The notes under the pieces are model-generated. The model worked only from the letters and a program-made list of their open reading frames with translations, searched no databases and was not told the DNA's origin. Shown here in pieces: positions 8,638 to 18,770 of a DNA stretch of 57,416 nt (positions are counted from its first letter, which is position 1; each line of letters starts with the position of its first letter). Source of the DNA: an uncultured Luteitalea sp. (GTDB taxonomy: Bacteria; Acidobacteriota; Vicinamibacteria; Vicinamibacterales; Vicinamibacteraceae); assembly GCA_964422175.1 (NCBI GenBank), contig CAYRAE010000001.1:1-57416 (forward strand), written 5' to 3'. Made by a program: the position numbers and the translations under genes.

Positions 8638-10766
8638 GCTGCGTGATCCTCCGCGAAGACGGGCAGGCTGATGCGCACCGTCGTACCGATACCCTGCTGG
8701 CTCTCCACGTGGATCGAGCCGCCGTGCTGCTCGATCACCTGGCGCGCCTGGAACATCCCGATACCGAGGCCCTTCGACTTCGTGCTCTGGAAGGGCCGGA
8801 AGAGGCCGTCGCGGAGGAACGCCGGACTCATCCCGCACCCATTGTCCTCGACTTCGAGCACCACCCGGCCGCCGTCCACACGACTCCGCACGTCGATGCG
8901 TCCGTCGCCCGCGCGCGCGGACTCGCGGGCGCCGATGGCGTCGCGCGCGTTCAACAGCAGATTGGCCACGACGCTGCCCAGCTGGTCGCGGTCTCCCCTG
9001 ATCATCGGCATGTCGGCCGGTACGGCGCAGTGCAGCGCCACGTCGGTCCCCTGCAGCTCGATGGCCGCGTCCTCGACGAGCGCCGCGGGAGACACGGGCG
9101 CCACCTGGAGACCGGGCTGCTGCCGGAGCGCGCCGAGGCGCGCGATCATGCCGTCGATGCGCGTCACGGTGTTGCCGATCGCGCGGAGGGCGTCGGCGCG
9201 GAAGGCCGGGTCGTCGAAGTGCACCGGCAGGTTCTTCAACATCAGGTTCAGCGAGTTGGTGGCGTTCTTCAGGTCGTGTACGAAGAACGCCGACATCGTT
9301 CGGAACGCGTCGAGCTCGCGAGCGCGCGCCACTTCGTCGCCCAGGCGCACGTTGTCCAGCGCGGCGGCGAGCTGGTCGGCCATGCACTGGAGCAGCTCAC
9401 GTTCTTCCGTCGTCCATGGCGCACCGTTGACGCGATCGGCGAGCACGATGAAGCCGCTCGTCGTCTCGCCCGACCGCAGCGGCACCGCCCATCGCCGGCC
9501 GCCGTTGGCGAACGTGCTCGGCACGTGCGTGCGGAGCGCATCGGCGGTGGCGCCCGATGCGGCGTCGAGGTCGAAGGGGCCGTGCATGGCGCCGAGCGGG
9601 TCGGACCTCTTCCAGTCGATCGCGATGGATCCCGCGTCACCCGTCGCGACGGACGATGCGGTGGAGGCCACGGGATGGAGCGCCCCCCTCGCATCGTCCG
9701 CGCGCCAGATGGAGACCGACAGCACCTCGAAGGCGTGCGCCACGAGCGTGGCGCTCGCCGTACACAGGCTGCGTTCGTCAGTGGCGGCGGAGAGGGTGCG
9801 CGACATGTCCGTCCACAGCCGTGTGGAGTCGTGCTGCGACTTGCCGAAGTGGCGGCCGACGAAGGCGTGCAACCGCTGACGCAGTCTGTCCGACAGCAGG
9901 AGCACCGCGAGGCTCGCCATGCCGACGAGCACCACCAGCGCCTGCAGCTGGAAGCTCTCGGCGCCGCCGAACATCCGCACGGCCTGCGCGAGGACTCCGA
10001 CGAGCAGCAGGTAGCCCCCGACGAGGAGCACCGTGATCGACGAGCGCAGAACGGCGCGCGAGGGATGGACGTCGAAGCCGCCGAGGCCGTCGCGCGTGTA
10101 GGCGATGACGAGGAACACGCAGCCGACGAGCAGGCCGCTGCTCTCGACCTCCGCGAGCGCGGGGTCGAGGGTGGGATAGAGGAGGGCCTGGATGCGGACG
10201 AAGATGTAGGCGCCGAAGATGACGCCGAGCCCGAGCACCACGTACTTCACGCGCCAGCGCATGGTGCCGACCGACGCCCTGAATGTCTGCTCCAGATTCA
10301 TCAGCGCGAGGACGAACCCGATGAGCAGCGTGGCATGGAACAGGCGCCCCACGCCGCCGGAGTGGAGGACGAGCCGTCCCCCGGTGCCGTCGAGCGGCAC
10401 GAGCGCGAGCAGCGACGCGGGCGCCGCTGCGACCACGGCGAACGGTATCGCCGCCAGCAGGAGCAGGCCGGGCCACTGCACGCGCAGGCTGCGCGCGTCG
10501 CTCCGGGCGTAGCAGGCGCTGAAGGCCACCCACACGACGGGAAGGCCGGCTTTCGCGAGGAGGCCGAGCCCCGTCCAGGCGACGAAATCGCCGACGGTGG
10601 ACGTGCCCAGCGCGAAGCCTGTCGACAGGGCGTCGAGGCCGAGCAGGAGCATCCCGAGCGCGAAGGTCCACGCCGCCGCGGACGGCGCCTTGCGCACGAC
10701 GCTCGCGACGGCGAGGCCCCCCGCGCCGAGGGCGGCCACAATCGGAATGTAGGGAGTACCGTTCAC
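8634..10766 (-). CDS. prsK: sensor histidine kinase PrsK
   Basis: Multi-TM N-terminus, GAF, H-box FFVHDLKN, DNGCGM, KGLGIG. Confidence 0.9.
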   Translation of the reverse strand: MNGTPYIPIVAALGAGGLAVASVVRKAPSAAAWTFALGMLLLGLDALSTGFALGTSTVGDFVAWTGLGLLAKAGLPVVWVAFSACYARSDARSLRVQWPGLLLLAAIPFAVVAAAPASLLALVPLDGTGGRLVLHSGGVGRLFHATLLIGFVLALMNLEQTFRASVGTMRWRVKYVVLGLGVIFGAYIFVRIQALLYPTLDPALAEVESSGLLVGCVFLVIAYTRDGLGGFDVHPSRAVLRSSITVLLVGGYLLLVGVLAQAVRMFGGAESFQLQALVVLVGMASLAVLLLSDRLRQRLHAFVGRHFGKSQHDSTRLWTDMSRTLSAATDERSLCTASATLVAHAFEVLSVSIWRADDARGALHPVASTASSVATGDAGSIAIDWKRSDPLGAMHGPFDLDAASGATADALRTHVPSTFANGGRRWAVPLRSGETTSGFIVLADRVNGAPWTTEERELLQCMADQLAAALDNVRLGDEVARARELDAFRTMSAFFVHDLKNATNSLNLMLKNLPVHFDDPAFRADALRAIGNTVTRIDGMIARLGALRQQPGLQVAPVSPAALVEDAAIELQGTDVALHCAVPADMPMIRGDRDQLGSVVANLLLNARDAIGARESARAGDGRIDVRSRVDGGRVVLEVEDNGCGMSPAFLRDGLFRPFQSTKSKGLGIGMFQARQVIEQHGGSIHVESQQGIGTTVRISLPVFAEDHAA

Positions 10767-10779
10767 GTCAGTACCGAGA

Positions 10780-11502
10780 TTGGAGCACAGAGCGAGCCCG
10801 GTACAATTGACGGAGGTGCCTGACACTCCGCCGCGATGGACCCGCTACTTCGTTCGTCGAGTCGAACGCTGGACGACGACGTGGACGCTGCGTCTGGCCC
10901 TCCTCGTGCTGGTGTGCGTCACGCTCTGGCTGCTGAAGCCGCGCATCGAGCAGGCGATCGGCGCCAGTCTCGTCTGCACGCCAGACGCGGCACCGAGCGA
11001 CGCGATCCTCATCGAGAACTTCGACCCGGATTACCTGCTGTTCGAGCGGGCGCGCATTCTCAGGAGCCAGGGGGTTGCGCCGCGCGTACTCGTGCCGGTT
11101 CGGAAGGATGCACGCGACGGCGGAATCAATCGCGTTGCGCAGGGTATTGCGGAGGTGATGGGGCAGCTCGCGCGCCTGGGCGAGATGGAGTTCGTCCCAA
11201 TTCGCGAAGTCGAGCCAATCTCGCTCAACGCCGCGCGGGACGTTCGTGGGTACCTCATGGCGCACGGAATCCGCTCCGTGACCGTTGTCACGCCCCTGTT
11301 TCGGAGCCGGCGATCAGCGATGGTGTATCGAGCGACACTTGAGCCCGTCGGCGTCACCGTTTGGTGCGATCCTGTCGGAAACCGGACGCCCGAGACGTGG
11401 ACGCGGACGTGGCACGGAATACAGAACGTCACTGAGCAGTGGCTCAAACTGCAATACTATCGCGTCGGTGTGCTGCCCTCCCAAGACACCGCGTCAGAGT
11501 GA
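10780..11502 (+). CDS. DUF218/YdcF-like envelope protein
   Basis: N-terminal TM; LVC...SDAILIEN; VVTPLFRSRR; EQWLKLQYYR. Confidence 0.7.
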   Translation: MEHRASPVQLTEVPDTPPRWTRYFVRRVERWTTTWTLRLALLVLVCVTLWLLKPRIEQAIGASLVCTPDAAPSDAILIENFDPDYLLFERARILRSQGVAPRVLVPVRKDARDGGINRVAQGIAEVMGQLARLGEMEFVPIREVEPISLNAARDVRGYLMAHGIRSVTVVTPLFRSRRSAMVYRATLEPVGVTVWCDPVGNRTPETWTRTWHGIQNVTEQWLKLQYYRVGVLPSQDTASE

Positions 11503-11600
11503 CCAAGGTGATGAGCGCTAAAACCACCGTGCCGGATCGAGTCAGCGCATCCGTGACGACGTGGATCTCGCGATCCGCTGACTGGCCATGACAGCGCCCC

Positions 11601-11800
11601 TACTCACGCTGATCCCGGAGGAAGCAAGAGAACCCGGCCTCCTCCGGATCAACGCGGGTAGAGAACACATCTCCCGGCAACGGAGGAGCTCACGACGGTG
11701 AGGTGCTCGGGTTTCGGAAGCGGCCGGCCTTGCGCTTGATGCTCATGATCTTGCTGTTGAGGCCCCTCGGCCACGCTCAGTGGTGATTGGTTGCTGCACC
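11601..11800 (-). mobile_element. ISL3-family remnant(s)
   Basis: Degraded C-terminus (AEG)LNSKIMSIKRKAGRFRNPEH...LYPR, followed by the end sequence TGATCCGGAGGAGGCC; a second similar end on the + strand at 11601-11625. Confidence 0.65.
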
Positions 11801-11849
11801 ACATCAACTCCACGCGGTCACCCACCTAGTTCCATACGTACCGCGGCGG

Positions 11850-12731
11850 TCATCTCTCAGTGTCCGGTCGGCGCGCTTCCAGCCAACGATGCATCGACTG
11901 AACCTCTTCCTGCATGCGCGCTAAGAGTCCACGCCAAGTGACCTCCGAGCTGAGTTGATACGTCGCGTGAAGCTGTAACTTCTCAATCGCCCTGACCACC
12001 CTGCGGCGCACTGCGTACTGTAAGGGTTGGTTCAATACACGCAGTAGCGGATGTGAAGGCCTGACCAGATCCGTGCCCAAATGAGTCGGAGTAACATCAA
12101 CTCGCGTCGATAAGCCCCAGTCAAGCCATTTGAGGCTAGACACGTCAAACTCTTCGAGCCGCCACGCATGTAGGCTGATCCTGTGCCAAGGGATCCTGAG
12201 GGTGTCGGCTACGATGGCACCGTGCATCGCCTCCGTAATGAGCCTGTCGCATTTTAGGAGCAAAGCGATTGTATTCTCGACGTCGCCTCGTGGGTCAATG
12301 AACACCCACCCCATGCGCGCGCACAGTTTCTTCCAGTCGAGAACGTGCAGCGAGGCGTAGTGGGGCATGAAGCCGATCGCGTTGGTCGTAAGACGCGCAG
12401 CAGTCGTGCTGATGACTGATACAAGGATCGCGGGATCGGTGATAAATTTGGTGTCATTTCCCAGCGCCATGGCTGATATGGGGCCTCTCACGAACCTTAT
12501 ATGTAGTTCACTGTCTCGCCGTGGCAGATTGCGAAGTGAGCGAATTCCAGAACCGAACACGATCTTCTCACCATAGATCTTGTCCAAGCGCTCGTCGAGG
12601 ATCGAGCCGATGCCGACAAAGGTCGTGTCCACAGCATGAGCAGCGTACGCACCGAAGAGCTTTGGCCACAGCCACGCGTTCAGATCGTCGCCGAAGTTTC
12701 CGTGTGCGGACTTGAAGAAGAAGAACTTCAT
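11850..12731 (-). CDS. ExoV-like polysaccharide pyruvyl transferase
   Basis: GNFGDDLNAWLW, GIGSIL, VRGP, TDPA, FMPH, EAMHGAIVAD. Confidence 0.85.
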   Translation of the reverse strand: MKFFFFKSAHGNFGDDLNAWLWPKLFGAYAAHAVDTTFVGIGSILDERLDKIYGEKIVFGSGIRSLRNLPRRDSELHIRFVRGPISAMALGNDTKFITDPAILVSVISTTAARLTTNAIGFMPHYASLHVLDWKKLCARMGWVFIDPRGDVENTIALLLKCDRLITEAMHGAIVADTLRIPWHRISLHAWRLEEFDVSSLKWLDWGLSTRVDVTPTHLGTDLVRPSHPLLRVLNQPLQYAVRRRVVRAIEKLQLHATYQLSSEVTWRGLLARMQEEVQSMHRWLEARRPDTER

Positions 12732-12744
12732 GGGAACCACCTGC

Positions 12745-12885
12745 TAGCGTGACGACGGTCTCCTCGACCAACGACGCCGCTGCGTGCAGAACGCGGTCGC
12801 GCCTGTACCGAAGCGGGGTGCGGCACCCGAAGCTCGAGTGCAAACGAACCGCATTGTAGTGCTGTTCACACGGATCGACCAGCAC
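12745..12885 (-). mobile_element. IS3-family transposase C-terminal remnant
   Basis: HYNAVRLHSSFGCRTP resembles the integrase-core YN..R.HSSLGY.TP motif. Confidence 0.6.
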
Positions 12886-12920
12886 GGCGGCGAAGCATGG
12901 TATCGCCGTATGTGAATTCG

Positions 12921-14486
12921 CTATTCGTGATTCAACTGAACGTGGTCTCTATCACCACGGCGAAGCCGTGTCTTTATGTGCAATGCGTACTCGATCCCTC
13001 GCTGTTCCGGGCCTGAGGGGCGGCCCGCCTGGCGCCACAGCACCAAATGTATCGTTACGTAGATGCATGCACCGACTGCGATTTTGAAGAAGATGAGCCT
13101 CGCGACGAGCAGATTCGAAGAGTCTGATGCAAGCGCCGGAAATGTGCTCAACAACACGGTTGCCATCGCTGCAGTAGCTACGATACTCCTCCATCCCGCA
13201 GCGAACGGGCGCCACCAATGGTCGCCCAGCAGGCGAGCCGCCAACTGTAGAGACAAGAACAAGAAGAAGGTTCCCGACGCAAGCCTGGCCCATACCACGC
13301 CCTGGAGCCCGCCCAGCCAGAGCCCCGCGACGAAGAGGGGCATGCGGAAGCACAGTGCTGCGACTTCTCGCAGGAACAGCGCCCTCGTCTCGCCGGCCAC
13401 CATGCTGATTACGCCAACTCCTGACGTGACGAGCTGCAATGCGATAATAGGGGCTAGTACCTTAACGATGAACGCCGAGCCCACCCACTTTGGGCCGAAC
13501 AACAAGAGAATCGCTTCTTCTCCGACCAGTGCAGTGCCAACACCAATGGGGAGGGTGAGGGCTATGATGACGGCCTGCGCTTCGAGATACCGTGCCCTAA
13601 GCTCTTCTCTCCGGTCGTGCAGGCGTGCCATCGCTGGATACAGCGCTCGCGACAGAGGTGCCGCGACTTCTGAAGACGCCATGCCGGCGAGATCATTACC
13701 GGCATTGTAGAGTCCGACAGTCTGTGGCCCGAGCCATCCACCGATCAGGAACACATCGGACTTATAGTTCAGATAACTGATGAGGCCTGCCCCAGTCAGC
13801 CACCCTCCAAAGTTCACGACCTCGCGCCAGTGTGACAGACTGTAGGACGGTCGCCACGGTGCTGCCAAATAGCTTATCGCCACTGTGACTACCTTCCCGG
13901 CTATGATGCCGCACACTAGGCTCCAGTGGTTCCTGAAGTGCAACGCTGTTCCCACCGACACCATCACAACGGCCGCCGCATTCGCCAAACCAGAGATGAG
14001 ATCCCACTTGAAGTCGAGGGCTTTGTCGAAGAGGACCATTCGCGGCGAGAGCATCGCGTCGACCAGCGGCGCGACGGCCAGTACCATCAATACCGGTACC
14101 AGCGCAGGCTGCGACATCACCCCGCCGAGCGCCGGCGCCAGTACCAACAGCAGCGCGGCGATCAGTATTCCCCTGATGCCGGCTATAGCAAAGACTGTTC
14201 GAAAGTACTGTTCGGTGACCACTGGCATCCGTATCAGGGCTGCACTCACCCGCAGATCCGACACGATCTCGAAGAAGGCAACTGTTACGTTCGCCAGTAC
14301 GACGATGCCGAAGTCCTGTGGGGTTAGAAGGCGCGCCAGCGCAGCGGTACCGACGAGGCGCACGAGGCGGGCAAAGGTACGGCTACCCAGGAGTACCAGC
14401 GCTCCGCTGCCAACCTGGATCGCTGCTCCGGTCCGCCTTCTTGACGGAAGCTGTTCCGAAGCATTGCCTGCCGTGTCGTTGGCCAT
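12921..14486 (-). CDS. wzx: Wzx flippase (PST family)
   Basis: LARLLTPQDFG; D..LIG..LG...VGLY; many TM segments. Confidence 0.9.
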   Translation of the reverse strand: MANDTAGNASEQLPSRRRTGAAIQVGSGALVLLGSRTFARLVRLVGTAALARLLTPQDFGIVVLANVTVAFFEIVSDLRVSAALIRMPVVTEQYFRTVFAIAGIRGILIAALLLVLAPALGGVMSQPALVPVLMVLAVAPLVDAMLSPRMVLFDKALDFKWDLISGLANAAAVVMVSVGTALHFRNHWSLVCGIIAGKVVTVAISYLAAPWRPSYSLSHWREVVNFGGWLTGAGLISYLNYKSDVFLIGGWLGPQTVGLYNAGNDLAGMASSEVAAPLSRALYPAMARLHDRREELRARYLEAQAVIIALTLPIGVGTALVGEEAILLLFGPKWVGSAFIVKVLAPIIALQLVTSGVGVISMVAGETRALFLREVAALCFRMPLFVAGLWLGGLQGVVWARLASGTFFLFLSLQLAARLLGDHWWRPFAAGWRSIVATAAMATVLLSTFPALASDSSNLLVARLIFFKIAVGACIYVTIHLVLWRQAGRPSGPEQRGIEYALHIKTRLRRGDRDHVQLNHE

Positions 14487-15155
14487 TCGAAGGTTGAGGG
14501 GGTGCGGGGTGGACCCGTATCAGCACGCCACATCATCATTGCACGAAGATCTCGCGGTACTCCTGCACGAGGAGCTGTGTCGGCCTAACTCCGTTTCATC
14601 CAGTGCCAACGGCATCGGACGGACATCCGACATCGGGCGAGAGTTCGTAAGTGGTTGATGTCGATGTGTCGACAGGGTCTCCCGCGCGCGTCTCTGAGCT
14701 TCGATCTCCAGACGCTCGATCTCATCCGGAACCCTTAACGTGGATTCTGGCCGCACCAAGCCTCACGACCAGCACGACATAACTGATAGTTCGAGTGCGG
14801 AATCGCCCAACTGTACCACGGACCAGCGTTTGGCCCGTTGATGGTGCGAGCCAGGCTCGCCATCCGATCCCGACCATCCCGCGACGGCCATCATGATGTC
14901 CTACCGCGTCGGATCGCACGTGCTCCTCGGCTGAGACATGACTCAACATTGGCGTGGGCTAATCTGTTGTTTCCGCGCATGGCCGCACCCGGAGTCCGTG
15001 CTGTGGATCCCTAGGCGATGTTCTTCAGCATGCTCCCATTGAACGGGGTCGGCAGCCTACTATGGCCAATGTGCGACGACGCCTTACCAGATGCGACGGA
15101 GCCAGTGGCCCCGCCCGCGCGGACTGGCTCCCGCCGACATCGCTTGATAACATGC

Positions 15156-16388
15156 TCAGCCCGTGAGTCCCGCGTCGAGCGTCTTCCTGATTGTGGGTGC
15201 GATGGCGTCCCAAGTCCACCGCTCAACGAAGAGTTCCCACGCGCGCTCTGCCATGGCAGGGCCAAGAGTGGGGTTGCTCAGCAGTGCTTGACAGGCGTCC
15301 ACGAACTCTTCGGCGGTATCGGCAAAGCGAACGTGCTCGTAGTCTCGTATCTCGTAGCCGTAGGCGCCGAACCGCGTAGAGACGACCGGGCACTTTCGAC
15401 TGAACGCGTCCACAATCTTGATCCTGGTTCCCGCTCCAGACTGAATAGGAACAATCGCTAGATGCCAGCTTGACATCTCCATGTCGACGTCCTGAACCCA
15501 GCCAAGAATATCTACTCCTTCGGGTCGAACTGGCAGAGCGTCGGCGCCGCCCTGCCCAATCACTCTCAGTCTTAGGCTTGGGATTGCCGCTTTCAGTGTG
15601 GGCCAGCACCGCTCGAGAAACCACGTGATCGCCTCCCTGTTTGGCTCGTAGCTCATCAGTCCTATGAACCCTATCGTCGGAATGACCGACGGCGAGCGAG
15701 AGGCCGTCTCGGATGGCCGCGTAAAGCCATTTGGAATGACACTTATCGGCCCAGCCTTCCCGACTGCTGCCAAATCGACAGCGCTACACACAGCGGTAAC
15801 ACTGAAACGACTCGTGACCCGCTGCTCGTGCCGCCGGAGCGCCCAACGACGGAAGGCAGCCTTCACCTGTTCGCGCGACTTACGATGCCGACGGCCGGCA
15901 ACCATAGCGCTTGGAAGATTGTCCACATCGACGACGGACCGCCGCCATACCGCCTGCTTGAAATAGTCAGCAGTGCGTAGCTGAAAGAACCACACCGCAT
16001 CGAAACGATCGTTTCTTACTGCGTGGAGCCTGTCTTCGTCTCGCGCAGCAAGCACCAAGCCGTTGACATTCACAAACGCTGGATCAAAGGCGGTACGGAG
16101 AACTGCTCGCGCTCCACGAATACTCGTTGGCTGTACCGCCCACTCCCCGACCACATCGAACTCAGCCTCAGTGCGCGCTTTGACGTCGCGAGACACACGG
16201 TCAGCACCCACAATCGCGATGCCTACTTCCGCAAAGCGTGATAGCACTCGACCGATCCCCAGCGCGCGCAATTGACCGCCGTACGACTTCTCGTGCGGCC
16301 AGCAGGGCACGACGTACAACACACGAGGCTTCTGTCGAGACTCTACAAGCGAATGATGCTCCATTGTTTCAGTGGACGGTGTCGTCAA
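15156..16388 (-). CDS. glycosyltransferase family 4
   Basis: VIPNG, FIG.MSYEPN, GAGTRIKIVDAF, PVVST. Confidence 0.9.
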   Translation of the reverse strand: MTTPSTETMEHHSLVESRQKPRVLYVVPCWPHEKSYGGQLRALGIGRVLSRFAEVGIAIVGADRVSRDVKARTEAEFDVVGEWAVQPTSIRGARAVLRTAFDPAFVNVNGLVLAARDEDRLHAVRNDRFDAVWFFQLRTADYFKQAVWRRSVVDVDNLPSAMVAGRRHRKSREQVKAAFRRWALRRHEQRVTSRFSVTAVCSAVDLAAVGKAGPISVIPNGFTRPSETASRSPSVIPTIGFIGLMSYEPNREAITWFLERCWPTLKAAIPSLRLRVIGQGGADALPVRPEGVDILGWVQDVDMEMSSWHLAIVPIQSGAGTRIKIVDAFSRKCPVVSTRFGAYGYEIRDYEHVRFADTAEEFVDACQALLSNPTLGPAMAERAWELFVERWTWDAIAPTIRKTLDAGLTG

Positions 16389-16399
16389 GGCGTGAAGTA

Positions 16400-16525
16400 T
16401 TACGCGATACGCCGCGCTAGGTCTCCGGTACGCCCAGGGGCCGGCGTGGCGGCCTCATTGTAGCGACCGATGTACCGTTGAATCTTGCGCGCGAGGCCCG
16501 TGGTCGAGGTGAGAATGGCGCGTAC
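16400..16525 (-). mobile_element. IS630-family transposase C-terminal remnant
   Basis: TSTTGLARKIQRYIGRYNEAATP...DLARRIA. Confidence 0.55.
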
Positions 16526-17040
16526 CGGCTCGTACGTCACCCGGATTCCGGCAGGTTCCAGCGCGGCGCAGTAGACCGCGGCGGATCGACGGCTGCGGAA
16601 CAGCGGTGTGACTACGGTCACCGAACGGACCTGACTCACCTATAGGAAGTCACGGCTATAGCTCGCGGCGTTCAGGCGAATCGGCTCCACCAATTGCACA
16701 AGTACCACCTCGAACGTCCTGAGCCGTGACAACTGAGCCATCGCGTCGGCAATCGTTACCGCCAACACGTTCGGCGCCTCTCCATCGCGAGGAATTTGGT
16801 ACCAAGACCCTCGAAGCCACGCCTGCTTCGCGCGGGCGTCTCGCCTGTTCGAACAGCACGTAGTGCCTATCGAAGTTGTCGACGAGGATCGCGTCAGTAG
16901 AGCCGCCAATCGAAACGCACACCAGGCTTCGACCAATGAGGAACGCTCAGTGACCAGACGTTGGCCAAAATGCCGCGGCGGAGAGCGCCAGCGCAATGAA
17001 TCGGTGCCGCCAGTGTGCTCAGCCGCTCCGGAGTGATAAC
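16525..17040 (-). pseudogene. frameshifted, truncated paralog of the DUF218-like gene at 10780-11502
   Basis: Fragments IGRSLVC..DAILVDNFD..VLFE, VEPIRLNAA, then a stop, then VRSVTVVTPLFRSRRSAAVY; spread over different frames. Confidence 0.8.
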
Positions 17041-17118
17041 CCGTGCGCTGAATCGACTATGTGAGACCTCCGCGCACAGGCCTACGCACATTCACAACGT
17101 CTTGTTTGATTGGCGCGC

Positions 17119-18516
17119 CTAGTCCTCACCACTAGTCGACACCACGCGCAGGCTGGTCGGGGTTGCGGGTGTGGCGGGAATCTGAGGCGGCGTGCCGCCA
17201 CTACGCAGAGGATGAGGATAGACCAATGGCGAATACCCGGGCTTGGGTGTTGTGCCGTTGTTGATGAAATCACGGCCTTCTTGCACGTGTAGGTCGCCGT
17301 CGTTGATCATCTTGCGGTTGTTGGAGCAGGTTCCTCCGGTATTGCAGCCGGCATCGGTTCCATTGTTCCACACGTAGAGCGGCACCGACGTTTGATTGGG
17401 GAAGGCCGAGCCGGATCCGCGCCCGATCTGGTCGAGGCACGGCCAGCCCGAACCGCCGGCGGCATTGCCGTCATAAGGACTCGACCCGTTGCAGACCCCG
17501 TACGGCGCGGACGTGTTCTGACCGTTACTGCGCTGGTTGTCCACCTGCATTGTCGTGAAGTAGCCGCGTAGACGATTGTTGAACACAACGCCTGTACCGG
17601 ACCGGATGTGGATGGCACGGTACCATGTAGGATCAGTAGCATTGAAGTCGTTGTTGTAGATCTCCGCTCCTCTGTTACCGCCTCGTTCATGACTGCGGGC
17701 AGCATGATTCTGCCAATAGGCGTTGGTAACAGAATTGTAGCGGAACACCATCTTCGATCCGTAATACATGTCTCCCACACCGAAGAAGCATCCGTTCGCG
17801 AGAGTGAAGGTGTTGTTCTCGACGTATACCGCTTCATCGGACCCGAGATTCAACGGCAGGAGCCAGTTGTAGCCGCCCATCCCAGGGGTGCCTCGTGGCG
17901 GCCAGGGAGTGACTTCATCCGTGTTCTCCGCATAACCAGTCAGGAAGATGGCATTGCCCATGTTGTTGAAGGAACTGCTGTCGATGAGCCCCCATGCGAT
18001 GCCGTAGACCTGAACGGCGATGTTCTGGTCGCAGGTCGCACACGACCAGGCAATGTTGTCGATACGCCAGCCCTTGATGCCCGTCTTGCGTTCGACAGCA
18101 TCGATTCTCCAGCTCGTCGGGCACCCGACGCTCAGCCCCGTAATCCTGAAGGATGCCTTTGAGGTGACCGTCACCCGGAAAGAGAGGCCGCTCACTGTCG
18201 TGATTCCGACACCCTGGCCCTGCACCTTGATGTTCTTGTTCGACCACGTGACCTGGCCCGCCGAACACGAACCGGCGCCGATGTTCACGACATCGGAGTC
18301 GGCCGAGGCGTTTATGGCTGATTGGAGAGCGGATGTGATCGTCCCCGAGCAAGCCACGTTGCGTACGGTGCCTCCGAACTGCGCTGAAGCGATGCCAGGT
18401 ACAAGCATCAGCGCAGCGCAGGTGAGCAACGCGACGAACGCCGCCTGCGCGCCGTGTGTCGTGGGACGATGGATCATCGATCTGGTTGAATGCACGGTCG
18501 TCCTTGCAATTCGCAA
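17119..18516 (-). CDS. secreted pectin-lyase-like (beta-helix) protein, Cys-rich
   Basis: Signal peptide ending ASA-Q; LQSAINASADSDVVNIGAG; Asn-ladder repeats; YPHPL tail; start may be the ATG at 18477. Confidence 0.75.
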   Translation of the reverse strand: MRIARTTVHSTRSMIHRPTTHGAQAAFVALLTCAALMLVPGIASAQFGGTVRNVACSGTITSALQSAINASADSDVVNIGAGSCSAGQVTWSNKNIKVQGQGVGITTVSGLSFRVTVTSKASFRITGLSVGCPTSWRIDAVERKTGIKGWRIDNIAWSCATCDQNIAVQVYGIAWGLIDSSSFNNMGNAIFLTGYAENTDEVTPWPPRGTPGMGGYNWLLPLNLGSDEAVYVENNTFTLANGCFFGVGDMYYGSKMVFRYNSVTNAYWQNHAARSHERGGNRGAEIYNNDFNATDPTWYRAIHIRSGTGVVFNNRLRGYFTTMQVDNQRSNGQNTSAPYGVCNGSSPYDGNAAGGSGWPCLDQIGRGSGSAFPNQTSVPLYVWNNGTDAGCNTGGTCSNNRKMINDGDLHVQEGRDFINNGTTPKPGYSPLVYPHPLRSGGTPPQIPATPATPTSLRVVSTSGED

Positions 18517-18588
18517 TTGATCGCCACGGAAGCGGCCCCGCTCCGTGGCGGTGGCGGGGGAGAGAACACCACCACCGCGCGGCGATTA

Positions 18589-18604
18589 TGCAAATGCGGT
18601 GCCG
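18589..18604 (-). promoter_or_regulatory. sigma54 promoter
   Basis: CGGCACCGCATTTGCA. Confidence 0.65.
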
Positions 18605-18770
18605 CCTACGCGGGGTCGCTGCACGCGGTTCTCAAAGGAATGACGGTACCGTCCGCTTCACAGATTCAAGCAGCGCCGCCTTTTCCGTGAGGACCACAAC
18701 AGTCTTGTGATGCCGTCAAGGGCTATCGTCGCCAACCCTGGTGGGTACGTTCCCTTTGCCGCCTACCGCA

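Noticed and set aside
14500..15000. Small ORFs and a possible IHF/sigma54 arrangement upstream of wzx
   Set aside because: The ORFs lack recognisable motifs; the TGGCAC there has no correctly spaced -12 element
15011..15130. Possible IS110 transposase C-terminal relic (VASGK..., LAIVGC, MLKN in different frames)
   Set aside because: Similarity is too fragmentary to call without a search
18685..18702. PrsR enhancer for the beta-helix gene
   Set aside because: The best match CGT-N10-ACA has the wrong spacing and lacks the AA/CCG core
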